From Camelus ferus (Eukaryota), in assembly GCF_009834535.1 (NCBI RefSeq), contig NC_045696.1, forward strand, positions 37,264,001-37,328,000: a DNA stretch of 64,000 bases, written 5' to 3'. Positions 50,401-63,614 of this stretch are shown here, one piece after another (the stretch's first letter is position 1; each line of letters starts with the position of its first letter). A program made the position numbers and the translations under genes. The notes under the pieces were generated by a model. That model was not told where the DNA came from. It saw only the letters and a program-made list of their open reading frames with translations, and made no database searches.

Positions 50401-53400
50401 TTAATAAATGTCAATGGACTAAATGATCCAATCAAAAGACAGAGTGGCAGATTAAGTAATAACAGAAGAACCTACAATATGCTGCATACAAGAGACCAGC
50501 TTTAGGGAAGGGGACACATATAGATTAAAAGTGAGAGAATGGAAAAACATATTTAATGCAAATGGAAATTACAAGAAAGCAGGAGTAGCAATACTCATAT
50601 CTGACAAAATAGACTTTAAAACAAAGGCCATAAAGAAAGACAAAGAAGGACACTATATAATGATTAAAAAAGCAATACAAGATGATGATATTATACTCAT
50701 TAACATGTATGTACCCATTATAGGCACACCTAAATATATAAAGCAATTACTAATAGACAAAGGGAGAAATTGATGGGAATACAGTAATTGTTGGAGACTT
50801 TAACACCCCTTTAACATCATTGGACAGATCTTCCAGATAGAAAATCAATTAAGGCAACAGAGAAACTAAATGACACAACAGAACAGCTGGACTTGGTTGG
50901 TATTTTTAGGACATTACATTCCCCAAAAAGGAAGATATATTCTTTTCAGGTGCACATAGAACATCCTCTAGGGTAGACCACATATTCAGGTACTGAAAGA
51001 AATTTCAACAAATTTAAGAGGATAGAAATTATTTTAAGCATCTTTTCTGACCACAATGCCATGAAATTAGAATTTAACCACAGAAAAACAAATGGTAAAA
51101 AAACGATGGCATGGAGACTAAACAACATGCTACTAAAAAAATCAATGGGTCAACAATGAAATCAAAGAAGAAATTAAAAAAAAATACTTTGAGACTAACG
51201 ACAATGAAAACAAAACCACACAAAATCTATGAGACACAGCATTAGCAGTCCTAAGAGGGAAGTTCATAGCGATACAAGCCTTCCTCATAAAACGAACAAT
51301 CTCAAACAACCTAATCAACCATCTAAAAGAATTAGAAAAGGAGGAGCAAACAACACTAAAGTTGGCAGAAGGAAAGAACAAAGATCAGGGAGGAAATAAA
51401 TACAATAGAAATTTTTTTAAAAATAGAAAAAAAAATCAAACCAAGAGCTGGTTCTTTGAAAGAGTAAACAAAGTCAACAAACCTCTGGCTAGGCTCCCCA
51501 AGAAGAAAAGGGAGAAGACACAAATAAAATAAGAAAGGAAAATAGAGAAATTACAAAAAAATTACTACAGACATACAAAAAACAAAACAAAACAAAACAA
51601 AATAAAACATAAGAGAATACTAGCAACACCTCTGTGGAAACACATTTGACAACCTAGAAAAAATGGTCAAATTTCTGGAAATATACAGTCCATTAAGACT
51701 GAATCAAGAAAAAACAGACTACCTAAACAGACCAATAACTAGAAATGAAATGATATCAGCAGTAAAAAAAAACCTCCCTACAAACAAATGTAGGCTTCAC
51801 TGAGTAATTCTACTAAACGTACAGAGGAACTCATACTTATCCTTTTTGAAACCCTTCCCTTTGAAAAGGAGGGAATACTCTCAAACTCCTTCTATGAAGC
51901 TATCATCACCCTGATAACAAAACCAGACAATGACACTATCAAAAAAGAAAATTACAGGCCAATATCATTGGTGAACATAGATGCAAAAATCCTTACCAAA
52001 ATATTAGCAAATAGAATCCAACAGCACATAAAAAAGATTATACATCATTATCAAGTGGGGTTCATCCCAGGGACACAAGGGTGGTTCAACATATGCAAAT
52101 CAATCAATGTAATACATCACATCAATAGAGAAAGGACAAAAACCACATGATCATCTCAATAGATACAGAAAAAGCGTATGATAAAATTCAACACCCATTT
52201 TTGATAAAAACTCTCATCAAAGTGGGTATAGAGGGAATGTATCTCAACATAATAAAAGCTATATATGGCAAACCTACACCAGCATAGTACTCAACAGTGA
52301 AAAACTCAAAAGCTTCCCACTAAAATCTGGGACAAGACAAGGCTGCCCACTATCACCACTCCAATTCAACATAGTCTTGGAAGTCCTAGCCACAGCAATC
52401 TGGCAAGGAAAAGGATTCAAATTGGAAGAGAAGAGGTAAAATTGTCACTATATGTGGATGACATGATATTATATATAGAAAACCCTAAAAGCTCCACAAA
52501 AAAACTACTAGAGCTGATAAAAGAATTTGGCACGGAAGCAGGATACAAGATTAACATACAGAAATCAGTTGCATATCTTTACACTAACAATGAAATAGCA
52601 GGGAAAGAAAGTAAAGAAACAATCCCTTTTAAAATTGCATCCAAAACAATAAAATACTTAAGAATAAATCTGACCAAGGAAGTCAAAGACTTAGACAACT
52701 ACAAACCACTGATTAAGGAAATTAAAGATGACTTAAAAAATGGAAAGCTATTCCATACTCTTGGATTAGAAGAATTAATATGTAAAAATCATCATACTAC
52801 CTAAAGCAATCTAGAGATTTAATGTGATTCCCTATCAAAATACCCAGGACATTTTTCACAGAACTAGAATAAATAATCCTAAAATTTATGTGGACTCAAA
52901 AAAGACCCAGAATTGCCAAAACAATACTCCCCAGAGTTCAGACAATACTTCAGAGCTACAGTAATCAAAACATCATGGCTATGGCACAAAAACTGACATA
53001 TGGATTAATGGAACAGAACAGAGAACCCAGAAATAAACCCAAAGACTTACAGTCAATTAATCTTTGACAAAGGAGGCAAGAATATACAATGAGAAAAGAC
53101 AAGTGGTGTTGGGGAAACTGGACAGCAGCATGTAAATCAATGAAGTTAGGATACTCCCTCACACCATACACAGAAATAAATTCAAAATGGCCTAAAGACT
53201 TATACGGCAAGACACTGTAAAAATAGAAGAAAACACAGGCAAAACATTCTCTGACATAAATCTTAGCAATGTTTTCCTAGGGCAGTCTACCCAGGCAATA
53301 GAAATAAAAACAAAAAAAGACAAATGGGACCTAATTAAACTTACAAGTTTTTGCAGAGGGAAGGAAACCATAAGCAAAACAAAATGACAACTTATGGAAT

Positions 53401-54449
53401 GGGAGACAATATTTGCAAAAGATGAGACTGACAAAGGCTTAATTTCCAGAATACATAAACAGCTCATACAACCTTACTAATAACAAACAAACAAACAAAC
53501 AAACAAAAACCCAATCCAAAAATGAGCAGAAAGAAGCAATTCTCCAATGAAGACATACAAATGGCTAATAGGCAGATGAAAAAATGCTCAATATCACTAA
53601 TTATCAGAGAAATGCCAATCAAAACTACAGTGAGGTATCAACTCACACCAGTCAGAATGGCCATCATTCAAAAGTCTATGAATGCTAAATGCTGGAAAGG
53701 GTGTGAAGAAAAGGGAACACTCGTACACTGCTGGTGGGAATGTAGTTTGGTGCAGCCATTATGGAAATCAGTATGGGTATTTTCAAAATACTAAAAATAG
53801 ACTTACCATATGATCCAGCAATCTCACTCCTGGGCATATACCCAGAGGGAATCTTAATTCAAAAAGATACCTGCACCCCAATGTTCATAGCAGCACTATT
53901 TACAATAGCCAAAACATGGAAGCAACCTAAATGTCCATCAACAGATGACTAGATAAAGAAGTTGTGGTCTATTTATACAATGGACTACTACTCAGCCATA
54001 AAAGAGAATAAATGCCATTTGCAGCAACATATATGGACCTAGAGATCATCATTCTAAGTGAATTAAGCCAGAAAGAGAAAGAAGACTATCATACTATATC
54101 ACTTATATGTCGAATCTAAAAAAGAAAAAAGAAGGTACTAATAAACTCATATATAAAACTTAAACAGACTTGCAGACACAGTAAACGATCTTATAGTTCC
54201 CGGGTGAAAGGGGGTGGGAAGGGATACATACATGAGTTTGAGATTTGCAAATACTAACTTATATATAAAAATAGATGAAGAAAATTTTTCTGTATAGCAC
54301 AGGGAACAATATTCAATATCTTCAAATAACCTTTAATGAAAAAGAATATGAAAATGAATATATGTATATATATGTATGACTGGGACATTATGCTGTACAC
54401 CAGAAATTGACACATTGTAAATGACTATACTTCAATAAAATAAATAAAA
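50401..54449 (+). mobile_element. 5'-truncated younger LINE-1 (nearly whole ORF2 + 3' UTR), frameshifted
   Basis: Begins at EN motif NVNGLN.PIKR; ORFs 50531-50773 (KKAGVAILISDKIDFK), 51968-52150, 52442-52804 (LYVDDMILY) and 53522-53794 ([18 protein letters not shown]); AATAAA and A-rich tail. Confidence 0.95.
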
Positions 54450-54511
54450 TGAAGAACAAAGCCTGACAACAGTGGATAGTATTTCCATCTACAGTGAAGC
54501 ATATTAACTCA

Positions 54512-55160
54512 TGTCAAGGGCAAACACCACTATTTGAAACTGACCATCTCAGAAACCAAGGACCAAACTAAATTGAATGATTGGAGCTGAACCGGGAAGC
54601 CCAGTGCAGGAGGCTGCATGATGGGAGGTCACACTGGGGGCCTGTTACCCCAACTACCTGCTTAATGAACATCCTGTTTAACATGCCTTAATGCTGTAAA
54701 CTCTTTCTTTCTAGGGGAACCAAGCATTTCCTCTGTGATCACACTTCTTGTGTATACACCCTGCTGATCATGATGTTGCCTTGTCCCTGAGAGACATTCT
54801 GCTCAGCCTCAATTTACTGGCCAGAGTGGAGCTGTACCCGAACTGATGCTTTGGGCCACATAAAAATATCCATACAGTAACTTAATAAAAAATAACACTT
54901 TGGGGGTTATCCAAGTGGATCCAGAGAGGCCCTGTGACTTATTTTGTGGCTTTGAGGCAGCTGGGCTCCATGGTTCTGTTCAATCCTGCAAGAAGGCCTG
55001 ATCATTCTACTGGATTAATTTTGATTATGACCATGATCCTCTGTTAACCTCAGGCAAATGAATCAGTTTTTGTCAAAGACTCTTTTAAGTCCAATCCATT
55101 TGGGCCCATGTTGGGGTAGCCAAATTCTTGCTCAGGTCTTGAAAAATTAAAAAATGGAAT
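54512..55160 (+). pseudogene. ERV1 internal 3' remnant with env transmembrane-subunit traces
   Basis: CTRTDALGHIKISIQ*LNKK from 54833 and WL*GSWAPWFCSILQEGLIILL from 54947; purine-rich tract just before the LTR. Confidence 0.55.
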
Positions 55161-55835
55161 TGAGTCCAGCTCCTGGTTAAAATTTGTGTGTGACTTTTTC
55201 AGGCCTGACTATTGGCAAATACAAAGCCTTTACCAGACAGGACTCGAAGGAAGGTGAGGAACAGGGGAAGGGCGGCTGCCCTCCCACCCAGATTTGGTGC
55301 ACAGACAGTGCACTGCCTTCTCAGGCCAGTCGTGCTGTTACGTGTATTTGCATTCCTAGCCCTTATCATCTGAGGCCATTGGCACCTTTATTCCTAAGTC
55401 TCCTGATCTGAGGCAGTCATCCATGCCCCGTCCAAGCTCCTCTGCCAAGGCCTCTCTATGGGGATAGGAGGAAGAAATCTTGAAGACACTTCTCTTCAGT
55501 GTTCAGTACTTTTATATCTCTAGCCCTCTCTTTTTGCCATCCCCCTGGCCTCAGTATCCAATAGACTACAGAAGCCTTTTATTTGGGCTACCCCTGACAG
55601 TGAGAAGACCCCACATCTGCAATGAATGTTTTACCTGAGGCTCAGACCAGTAATCCCAACTGTTCCACAGGAGAATATAGAAAAGGGAGGGAGGGGCTGG
55701 CCCTTTCTCCAGTTTTAACTTCTTGCTTTTCTTATCAGACTAAGTGATTAAGGGCTTAATCTCAACTTTCATTTTGGCTTGCTATTGCTTTAATTGATAC
55801 CTCTGACTCCTTCCAGCTCAGTGGAGCTCCTGACA
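55161..55835 (+). mobile_element. ERV1-class 3' LTR (MER110/MER90-like)
   Basis: TG...CA termini after a purine-rich tract; ends CAGCTCAGTGGAGCTCCTGACA; GC-richer than flanks. Confidence 0.6.
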
Positions 55836-58800
55836 GGTAGGTAAACCCCTAAGTGTAGTAATATGGCTTAAACAATAATAGATTGAATATTATTATTATA
55901 GAGAAATAAATAAGTAAAAGTAAAATTATATGATATATTAAAGTAAAATATACAAATGAGCAAACTAAATTATTTAGGATGAAAAAAGTAATAGTTATAC
56001 AAATTAAAGTAGATAAAAGCCTCTAAGAAACAGTTTGAACAAAAAGTCAGATTGGTGGGGTGCCGGAGGTTCCTATTTGTTCAAAAGGAACAGCCTGTGA
56101 ACTATTGACTTTCATCTTGAGCCTGGAGCCTGCCAGGCATGGTATCATGTGCAGAGGCTTTGGTTAAAGAAAGTCAGGTTGAGTTCAGCAGGGTCAACAG
56201 TTTTTATCAGATTTCAAAGGGGAATTAGAAACAGAAATTTTTTAAAGAACCAATCGTAGATATTCATAAAATACTTTTCAGAAATTAAATTATTATATGT
56301 AGATTTCACTTGCTTTGTAAACAAAACATATCAGTTACTTTATTTTCATTTTCACACAGGTGTTTTCACATCTTGAAAATATGTTTTTGTTCAGTACGCC
56401 CACCTGCCTGCCCTTCTGTGGTAAATTGTCCATTTCGAAGTCAGTTTCTTTCCGTAGCCTGTATCATATCTTCATATTCTGACAGAGTAAGTACTCAATA
56501 TATGCATGTTAATGAATAATGACACTGAATCTTTCTGGCTGATACGACTTTAGCCATCAAGAAAAATTACACTTAAGGAGACCGAAACACATTTCAAATG
56601 TATTCATTCATTTAAAAGAAGCATTTTATAGCTGCTTGTTTTAATTCCCATGGAAGTCCTGAAATGTGTATTTTATGTGAGTTTTAAGCTTTCTCAGCCA
56701 ATGTGTGAGCAAAGAAGTTTGCATTATAGTGTCAGCAGTAGTGGGAAATCTGTTTTACAGTAAATCATGCAGAGGCTGTTTCCAGCTTTGGCTCACTTTC
56801 TATTTCGCAGTAATGGAAATAGTCAATAAAATAACATTAAAAAGAACATATTACATTCACCAACTCTTAATATTGAAAACTATTCATGAAAGGGACATGT
56901 TGGAAATGAAATTATGTAAGAATGTTTTCCAAATAGTCTAATTGTCACTTCGTCAGTACTTTATTTGCAAAGTGCACTTAAGGCTCTTCCTTGGAATTTT
57001 CATCTTACGTTGCTTGTCTACTATCGTGACTCCTTAGCTGGTATTTTGAAACTTCAAAGTGCAAGTTTATAATTTCTGAAAATTTTTTTTGTATTTTAGT
57101 GAAATTGTATAAGTGGATTATTTACATGCATAAGGTATCATATTTCCCTTTAGTGTTTAATAATTAATAATCATTATTTTATACTGTCTTATGGCAAGCT
57201 GAACGCGATCAAGGTAATTAACTGTATGAGGATGAGGAGGACCAAGAGGAAGCAGGCATTAGTCTCTGCTGACCCTGGAGTCTATCTAACCCATCCCAGA
57301 AACCAGAAGCTAGAAAGAAAAATTACAGAGGAGGGTTGTTATCAAAATTAGCAGTTAATCAAAAGTCAAAACCAGCAATACTCCAAAAATATACGGAATT
57401 AATTCTAATCCCTATACTATTCCAGACTATTTCTTTCATCCTTATCTATATTCTTTTCTGCCTATATCCTTCACTTTTTTTGTATTTTAACACAACTATT
57501 ATTCATTGTTCATTAATCAATTTTCCTTAGTGTGGACTTTCTTAATCCTTTCAGTGTTATATTCCTATGACCCTCAATACTTTCATGTTATAATAAATGC
57601 TGTCATTTTTGTACTTTGTTAATACTTAAAAATAAGGACAAAACCCACTGTTTGTGTCTATGCCCTTAAGTGCCAAACACATTTCTTGCCTCCTGGTAGG
57701 TGCTCAAATTGTGGATAAGTGCCTTTCCACTACACTGTAGGTTAGGGAGGGTTCAGAGAACATGTCAAATATTGCACAGCCAAATGTCTCATTATGTAGT
57801 CAGATATAGTAATGGGGATGAATTGCATGCAATACTAGAAGGACTAAATTTCTTTCATCAAAATCAGATGTCAAAAACTGAGCTGGAGTTCAGGAAGAAG
57901 GAAAAATCACAATGAGAAGGCAGTCTATTCAGTGTGGATCAAGTAACCCATGACAATTGTAACTTGCTTTCTGCATTTTAATTGTATGTAACTATTGATG
58001 TTGATTGTTGTAGATGTGTGGAGATCCTCGGTGGTACATACATTTTTATGCATTGATAAACATGATTTAAAAGATTACTCAGAAGCTATCATTTTTTATA
58101 TCTAGAAATTATTAACACCTTGGAATATAGCAATTAAAGGAATTTTACTTTCAGTTTTCAATCTAATTTTCTCATGTTAGCTAATTTTTATTTTGGGAAA
58201 AATAAGATGTTACATGTTCTGCATACGTATTTAGGCACATGCTTATATTATGAAATTCCAAAGTGATTTAGGTTCATTAATCCTATAATGTGAATTTTAA
58301 TCAAATATAAGCCTTATTAAATAAGATGCAATTTTACCAATTAAGATTACAAATTGTATGCATATGTGTCTTCTTAGAAGGACATTAACTCAAAATAGTG
58401 TTTCATTAAGTAACTCAAATTTAAAGTAGTTGTAGCCATAATCATATAGTTTCTTTCTTATAAAATGATTATGCCTAATAACATTATAAAATCATAACTT
58501 ACATAACCTGAACAAAAGAAACTAGTGATATAACTATGATGGGAAAAACTGTACATTTAAAAAATATTAAAGATGTATTTGGTCTTATAATAGTCAATGA
58601 ATGACATGAGAATTAATGGCTTTGCTTTTTTGCTTATGTGGTCATGTAAAATGAGAAAATAATTTATAGACATTTGACGGTATATTCAAAGGTACACTCT
58701 CTGTTGTTTACTTGTGAGAAACAGATGGTGGTGCAGTTTAATTTTCTGGTAGGATCATTCCTGGTGGGAAGAATTAGTTTAACAGATGGAAAAAGAAAGA

Positions 58801-59143
58801 AATTCTCCAGGTACAGAGGATGCAATGGAAAGGTAAGTGGAAAGATGCCCAGAAAATATAGATGAGATGGACACACCAAGAAGGTACACAGACTACGATG
58901 TTTAATGGCTCGATGAGAATTCAAAGTGGAGGTAAGACAATATAGTCAAGTTTTAAAATGTGATGGAAATATTTTCAATCTAATGAAAGAAGAAACAACA
59001 TAGTTAATGGGCTAGCAGAGATCACCTTAGCTAAAAAAAATAGAACATAGGGGCAAATATCCCTGCTAGTTAGTTTTCAATCTATGTTATATAATCAAAA
59101 CTAGCCATATTGCTTTCTTATCCTAGAACCTGATTCAGTGTCC

Positions 59144-59174
<31 letters not shown>

Positions 59175-59659
59175 TGTAAAAAATAATGGCTATTAACTAA
59201 TAAATGACAGTCTGTGTATCTTTAATCCAAAGTTTTCAGCTATATTTGTATAGTTTCTTAGAAAAGTGGGCAACTGTGGAAAATAAAAGGAATTTAATGA
59301 AAATTATGGATATGTGGCCTTTCAAAATGAAGAGGAGATGCAACTTCTATAAACTGACTCTTAAGACACTTTTTACCATGGACTTCATTGTGTTTAAAAA
59401 CAATCACCCCCTAAATCTGAAACTAAACAACAGCAGTAACAAAAACCCTGTGCACTGAATTTCAAGTAATTGGATAGAGGTACTCATGTATACTTTTTGT
59501 TTTCCTTAAGCATAGCCGATTCTGATTTATCACCCCAAACATAGTACTGAAAATAATGATAATCTTAAATAATTTACATCAGAAGTTCAATATAAGAATT
59601 GGTGTAAACTGTTTGTATTCTCCAAGAATTGTGGTACAGACTTTTTCAAAATGGTTCTT

Positions 59660-61760
59660 TCATAGTTTTTTTTGTAATGAAGCTCTAACATGCATACAAG
59701 AAATATTTAGTTTGATGAGCCTCGACAATTGTATACACACATGTAAGCTTCGCCATAAATTGCATATAGCAAAATATCCATAATCCCAGGAAATTCCCAC
59801 AAGTTCCTCTTCAGTCTTTTCCACTGCCCCGAGTCAGTTGCTTTCTGATTGCTATCACTATTGCTTAGTGTCGCCTCTAAGTGAATAAATTCTCCGTATT
59901 AGTATTTATGTATTGTTCCTTTTGTTCAAAATACTATTTTTTGTTCAGCCACAATGTTGAATTTGTCTATAATTTGTTTTCTACTTAAATATTATTCCAT
60001 ATCATGGATATACCATAATGTGCTTATTCTTTATCTCATGAATATTTGGGTTGTTTCCAATTATAGGTTCCCATGAATACATGTATACAAATACTTGTGT
60101 AACCTCTTTTTAAATTTATATGGTTAAATACCAAGAAGAGTAATTGCAGGGTCATAAGCCAGGTGCATCTTTAATTACAACAGGTTTCCACAAAGTGGTT
60201 GTATAACTTTTCTCCACCAGCAGTGTACAAGAGTTCTAATTGTGTCAGTCCTTGCCACCATGTAGCAACCTAAGCGCTTTTGGTTTTAGCTATTCTGGTG
60301 TGAATGAAATTGTCTCTTACTGTGGGTAAAATTTGCATTTTCTTGATGAATAATGATGTTGAGCACATCTTCATGTTTTATTGGATATTCTTACATCTTT
60401 TTTGTAACACATCTGTTCATAATTTTGCCAATATTTGTTATTTTTATTTTTATTATAGATTTGTAGGAATACTTATAGGGGTATTTTTATAGGAGTATTA
60501 GTAGCATATTTTTAATTTGGGATACAAGTTTTTTAAACAAATATACATAATAAAATATTTTTTTCCAGTTTCTGACTCATATAAACTTCTTACTTTGTCT
60601 TTGAATTAGCAAACACATTTTATTTGATATGAAAAATATTTTATATTGATTAGCACTTTCTATGTACTGTTTTAAAAAATTTACCCCGATTGTAAAGATA
60701 TTTTATTGCTTCATTCTAACATATTTGTGATTTTATCTTCTATAATTATTTATTTTAAATTATTTTTATAATATATAAGAATAATGTATAATGAATGAGG
60801 TAGGTACCACAATGTATTTTTCCCATAAAGATACCTAGTTGTTTTTTTAATTTTTTATTGAGTTATAGTCAGTTTACAATGTGTCAATTTCTGGTGTACA
60901 GCACAAATTTTTAGTCATACATGACTATACATATTTACATTTTCATATTCTTTTTCACTGTGAGAAAGATACCTAGTTGTTAATGCCAATTGTTCAACAG
61001 TCTGCCTTTCAACTGATTTGACTTGAAAACTAGGTGAAAGGTGTCAAATGAACTGAATTGGACAAATATGTAAAAAACTTAATTGAACATATATGTATAG
61101 TTCTATTCTGGATTATTTATAAATTCTGTTAATCTATTTGTTATTCTTATGCCAATTCAGTGTTTTCTTGATTGCATTGTCTCTATAACAAAACTAGAAA
61201 TCAAGTATTTTAAGTCTTCCAACTTTGATTATCTTCTGTAAAAATCTTCGCACTTCTGCATTCTTTTCATTTCCAAGTTTAGAAACCACTTGTCCATTTT
61301 TCCAAAATACAGGCCTGTATTTTGAATTGGATTGCATTGAAATTATGGATTAATTTAGCAGAATAGATATCATGAAAATGTCCTCTTACAAATAATGAAT
61401 ATAGTATATCTTTACATTTACTTGCATCTTTAATTTTTCCCAGTCATACATTCTAATGTCATGTCTAGAAACCTTGCAAAACTTTTATTTATTCCAGGTA
61501 TACTTACGCTGTTACATGTGGTAGTGATTTACTAAAGTCATTTACAATTTTTTTGCTGTTGTTAATTTATAAAGATAAAGATGCTTCTGCAAAATGACCT
61601 TGTGTTCTCCAAACTGCTAATTTCATTTATTAGTTTGGGTCACATTTTGGAGATCCTATACAAATTTCTATACACAAGGGATTATTATCTGTAAATAACC
61701 AGTTGGGATGTCTTCCTTAAAATTGTTTTGCTTTATTTCTATTGCCAGATTAAATGGCCT
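59660..61760 (-). mobile_element. Ancient LINE-1 (L1ME-type) 3' UTR and ORF2
   Basis: ATTTGGGTTGTTTCCA, AAAGTGGTTGTATAAC..CCACCAGCAGTGTACAAGAGTTC, TTGCATTTTCTTGATGAATAATGATGTTGAGCAC, TTATCTGTAAATA. Confidence 0.8.
60844..60964 (-). mobile_element. 121-bp young L1 3' tail insertion with 17-bp TSD
   Basis: AAAGATACCTAGTTGTT at 60827-60843 and 60965-60981; insert is antisense to the L1 tail at ~54330-54449. Confidence 0.93.
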
Positions 61761-63174
61761 AATTGATATATAATATAAACGCAAAAAATTAATCTTAAAA
61801 AATGATAGTTATCCTTCATACTAAAAATGTATATTTGCTGGAGAATCAGAAACCCTTTTAGTTATTACTACTTGTGATATTGCTACACATCAGATATTTA
61901 TGAATCACTAACATCCACAAAGTCTAAACAGAATTCATATAGCCATTACTTGTGCTAAATTATGTCATTGATGGCCTGTCAATAAAATATTAACCTCTCC
62001 TGAAGTTCAGCTCCCTTTGTATAAAATTGCTTTGTGAATTGGTTTGAAATAAAACCAATAAAAATATATGAATTAAAATAAAATAAAATATTTTGAAATA
62101 AAAAATATATGAATTGTAGAAATGCATCATTGATTCCTAATCACAACTCATTATGTTTCCCCTGCTAGTAAAGAATTAGTATGTAGCTCTGGAAACTCCT
62201 TGTCAAGCCAATATGGGGGAATTCATATGACAAGGCTGAGGGTAGAGGCAAATGGCACTTTCAAATAGGTGATGGCTCAGGTCCAGCTTGTGACATACTT
62301 GCATTCTGGAAATTGTATGAATCCATGCCATTCTCTTTTGGTATCCTACCAGCTACCTGACTTTTAAATTACTGGAACCCTGACTTTTTTGCTTTACTAG
62401 GAGCATCACTTTGGGCAGACCACTTGAAATTAAAATTTATCATTTTAGATTTGTGGATCATATCAGTTATGCAAATATGTCTGCAATATCTTTTTTTTAA
62501 AGCAAGCCTCTGGCACAGATCTTCAGGAAATATTTTCTTCCCACACCTTTTGTTCTCAACAGCAAGGCTTTTCCTGCAGCCAAGGATGGCAGTTAGTAGC
62601 AAGCTCATTTCTGGCTCACAGTGACTCTTTATGGTGTACCTTTTGCTTCGCCTGATTAATGGTCACCTAGCTGCTTAGCTGTCCACCTTGGGTATCAAGA
62701 TTATTCATTATTAAAGTATATAATTGAAAACCTTCACTCAGGTGAGAAACTGAACTAATTTAATGCATAAATCTAATAAATAAAGGATGTTGTAGTACAT
62801 ATTTTTTTTTATTCAGAAGGGCATTAATTTTTGTGTTCAGGCAGTTTTCACAGAGCACAACCCCTGACATTTCACCCTAAAATTCACCTTTTTAAAATCA
62901 CGATGCACTAAATGGCTTTAAGGAACAGATGGTTTTAATAATGACTGAAGCTAATGAACACTCTTTATGCTAACCTATTGTCTGGGTATAAAAATAGCCT
63001 ATAAGCAGCTCTAAATCGTATAGACATCTAAACACTGGAAACAGCACACAGAAATCTACCTTTAGGCTACAAAATAAATAACATACTGGCCTGAGGAATT
63101 TTCATGAGGTTATTTCAGGCCAAAAGGAACATAATACCCCATGTTAAAAAAATAGAATAGAGAATAACCCCAGA

Positions 63175-63600
63175 GAGTCAGTTCAGGTAATGGTGGAGTA
63201 CCTTGTACCACACTAACATTCCAGCAGCAATTATAAGGTCAGAAGTACATATGTTCAAACAAAAAATATTTAAAGTCATGGTGGAGGGCCAAAACCAAGC
63301 AAATCTTGGAGGTTATTTAACCCTTGAAAAGGGAATCACACTCATTTAGTGAGATTTATGCTGACATATTTTTATTTTAATGCATTAAACTCACATAGAA
63401 AGCCACAGTTTTACTGACTAGAGAAATCATAGGATATAGTTAGGGGTCTCAACATAGCTGGAAATTGAGGAGCAAAAATCCCTGAAAGGAGAAAGCCATG
63501 TAGTAACGGAAGCCCCTGAAATATGCCTAAAAACACTCCTTAAGTTTCTTTTTGACACCAAAGACTCACTGTAGCTCAACAGAATACATCAGAAAAGAAC
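63175..63600 (+). mobile_element. Possible ancient L1M 5' end fragment
   Basis: GTTCAGGTAATGGTGGAGTA..GGTTATTTAACCCTTGAAAAGGG resembles old L1 5' ends; weak. Confidence 0.35.
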
Positions 63601-63614
63601 AAAAGGATGTTGAT

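Noticed and set aside
50531..53952. Series of EN/RT/CCHC-like ORFs as an active reverse transcriptase gene
   Set aside because: These are fragments of one L1 ORF2 broken by many stops and frameshifts, with no ORF1 or promoter.
58674..58865. ORF with an AG|GTAAGT donor-like site near 58833
   Set aside because: Purine-rich sequence resembling an antisense L2 remnant; no convincing acceptor or protein similarity.
62469..62476. Octamer ATGCAAAT
   Set aside because: It recurs by chance and within L1s in this AT-rich window; no supporting context.
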